The position numbers were made by a program, and so were the translations under genes. DNA of 64,000 nucleotides from the IMG/VR virus record IMGVR_UViG_3300042515_001753, positions 124,001 to 188,000 of that record; one strand, written 5' to 3'. The notes beneath the pieces were generated by a model. The model saw only the letters and a list, made by a program, of their open reading frames with translations, did no database searches and had not been told where the DNA came from. This document shows positions 62,922-64,000 of this stretch, in pieces; the stretch's first letter is position 1, and each line of letters begins with the position of its first letter.

Positions 62922-63009
62922 TACGAGTGCCTGGATTCGAACCAGGTCAAAGCCGCTAATCTGGCGGAAAGGCGTTATAAGTGCCCTCTGACTACCAAGT
63001 CTCACTCGC
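62922..63009 (-). tRNA. atypical tRNA with UAU anticodon (Ile?) and long variable arm
   Basis: GCGAGTG/CACTCGT acceptor, CCTGG-TTCGAAT-CCAGG, loop CTTATAA. Confidence 0.6.
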
Positions 63010-63057
63010 ATAAAAGTTGCCTTGAAGCAACATATAAGACCTATAAGTTGCCTTGAC

Positions 63058-63240
63058 TCAACAACCTTCTTCGTGGTCGGTGTGTATTCGTATGAGGTCG
63101 TCTGCTTCTTTGTATTGTCTATAAGGAATCATCATAGCATCTCCGTGTTCGCTAGTAACAATAAAAGACTCTCCATTTTCCACTCTTTCTAGTAGATTAT
63201 CAAAGTCTTCTTGAAATTCTTCTACCGTAAACTTTTCCAT
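63058..63240 (-). CDS. Phd/YefM antitoxin-like protein
   Basis: MEKFTVEEFQEDFDNLLERVENGESFIVT..G matches the Phd N-terminal pattern. Confidence 0.6.
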   Translation of the reverse strand: MEKFTVEEFQEDFDNLLERVENGESFIVTSEHGDAMMIPYRQYKEADDLIRIHTDHEEGC

Positions 63241-63243
63241 TTA

Positions 63244-63429
63244 TCAAAGAGGATTTGAGTATGCAAGACAATCATCACTTACCTGAGCACGAACCACTTC
63301 CAGTACATTCATAAACTGGTCTGGAGTTTCACAATTCACAACTCGTTCACCACCCTCACTCGAATACAGATAGAACTTACGAGCAAGCGTATCGACAACA
63401 CAACGGGTCAGGGTCTCTTCGGCAGGCAT
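63244..63429 (-). CDS. conserved cyanophage hypothetical protein
   Basis: 61-aa ORF after a consensus promoter. Confidence 0.6.
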   Translation of the reverse strand: MPAEETLTRCVVDTLARKFYLYSSEGGERVVNCETPDQFMNVLEVVRAQVSDDCLAYSNPL

Positions 63430-63455
63430 CAGGCGTTTCGTTTGATTACCTAGGT

Positions 63456-63484
63456 ATTATAGGGCATCTGGGGGCAGGTGTCAA
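63456..63484 (-). promoter_or_regulatory. consensus sigma70 promoter
   Basis: TTGACA-N17-TATAAT. Confidence 0.85.
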
Positions 63485-63539
63485 GGGGTTTTGGGCACCA
63501 AATTGAGTTATAATACATAGTATAGAAAAAATAATAAGT

Positions 63540-64000
63540 ATGAGTGATTTTGTAAAAAAAGGTTGGTATTATCTTCCAAATATTATTACCAAAGAAGAAG
63601 CAATACAAATCAAATATCAAAACTTATGTGGTGCTATAAATGATTTAGGTTCTTTAGAGGGACATTGGGACCCAGAAAGAGGTAGAGTTTTGACTTGTTA
63701 TGCTCCACCTTCTTGCACCTTTGTAATGAAGAGAATTCAACCAGTTCTTGAAGATTTACTAGGTGAAGAACTCATTCCAACATATTGGTTCTCCACAACT
63801 TATCATAATGGTGGATGGATGAACTGCCATACTGATCGTCCTTCTTGTGAAGTATCAATCACTATGAATATCTGTGGTGATGCTTCTTGGCCAATTAAAA
63901 TCAAAGACCTGACTGGTAAAACAATTAAAGCAGTTACACCAGTTGGAGATGGAGTTGCATACTTAGGAACACTTGTAGAGCACTGGAGAAGTCCTCTGAG
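63540..64000 (+). CDS. 2OG-Fe(II) oxygenase (runs off the window end)
   Basis: Own translation MSDFVKKGWY...HTDRPSCEVSITMN...EHWRSPL. Confidence 0.75.
   Translation, partial: MSDFVKKGWYYLPNIITKEEAIQIKYQNLCGAINDLGSLEGHWDPERGRVLTCYAPPSCTFVMKRIQPVLEDLLGEELIPTYWFSTTYHNGGWMNCHTDRPSCEVSITMNICGDASWPIKIKDLTGKTIKAVTPVGDGVAYLGTLVEHWRSPL

Overview
A 64-kb segment of a T4-like cyanomyovirus. The evidence is a phage-type cp12, T4 late promoters (TATAAATA), cyanophage-type tail fibres, 2OG-Fe(II) oxygenases and tRNAs. Almost all genes are on the minus strand. Layout: (1) 1-2.4 kb, conserved cyanophage genes (SET domain, GT-A glycosyltransferase, AbrB-like). (2) 2.5-11.1 kb, an abruptly GC-rich early module of tiny genes, most with their own promoter (HicA-like, MutH-like, ligase-like, ArdA-like, acidic peptides, candidate ncRNAs). 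(3) 11.1-11.8 kb, a palindrome/repeat/DnaA-box region with divergent promoters. (4) 12.5-48.9 kb, a hyperplastic array of over 100 small ORFs. It is punctuated by about 30 copies (window-wide) of a palindromic box plus -10 promoter cassette, and carries LamG genes, GIY-YIG endonucleases, two DNA methyltransferases, CP12 and a metallophosphoesterase. (5) 49-61.7 kb, oxygenases, an SF2 helicase and tail-fibre genes. (6) 61.7-64 kb, an HNH endonuclease next to a group I intron-containing tRNA-Leu(UAA), plus two atypical tRNAs. The most striking unexplained pattern: three sequence-divergent GIY-YIG genes are each preceded by the same cassette, namely late promoter, ~60-nt hairpin RNA, terminator, then a second late promoter. 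In each case the hairpin loop is antisense to the 5' end of its own nuclease mRNA, suggesting a cognate sRNA-nuclease control system. All functional calls come from motif recognition by eye; no database searches were run.
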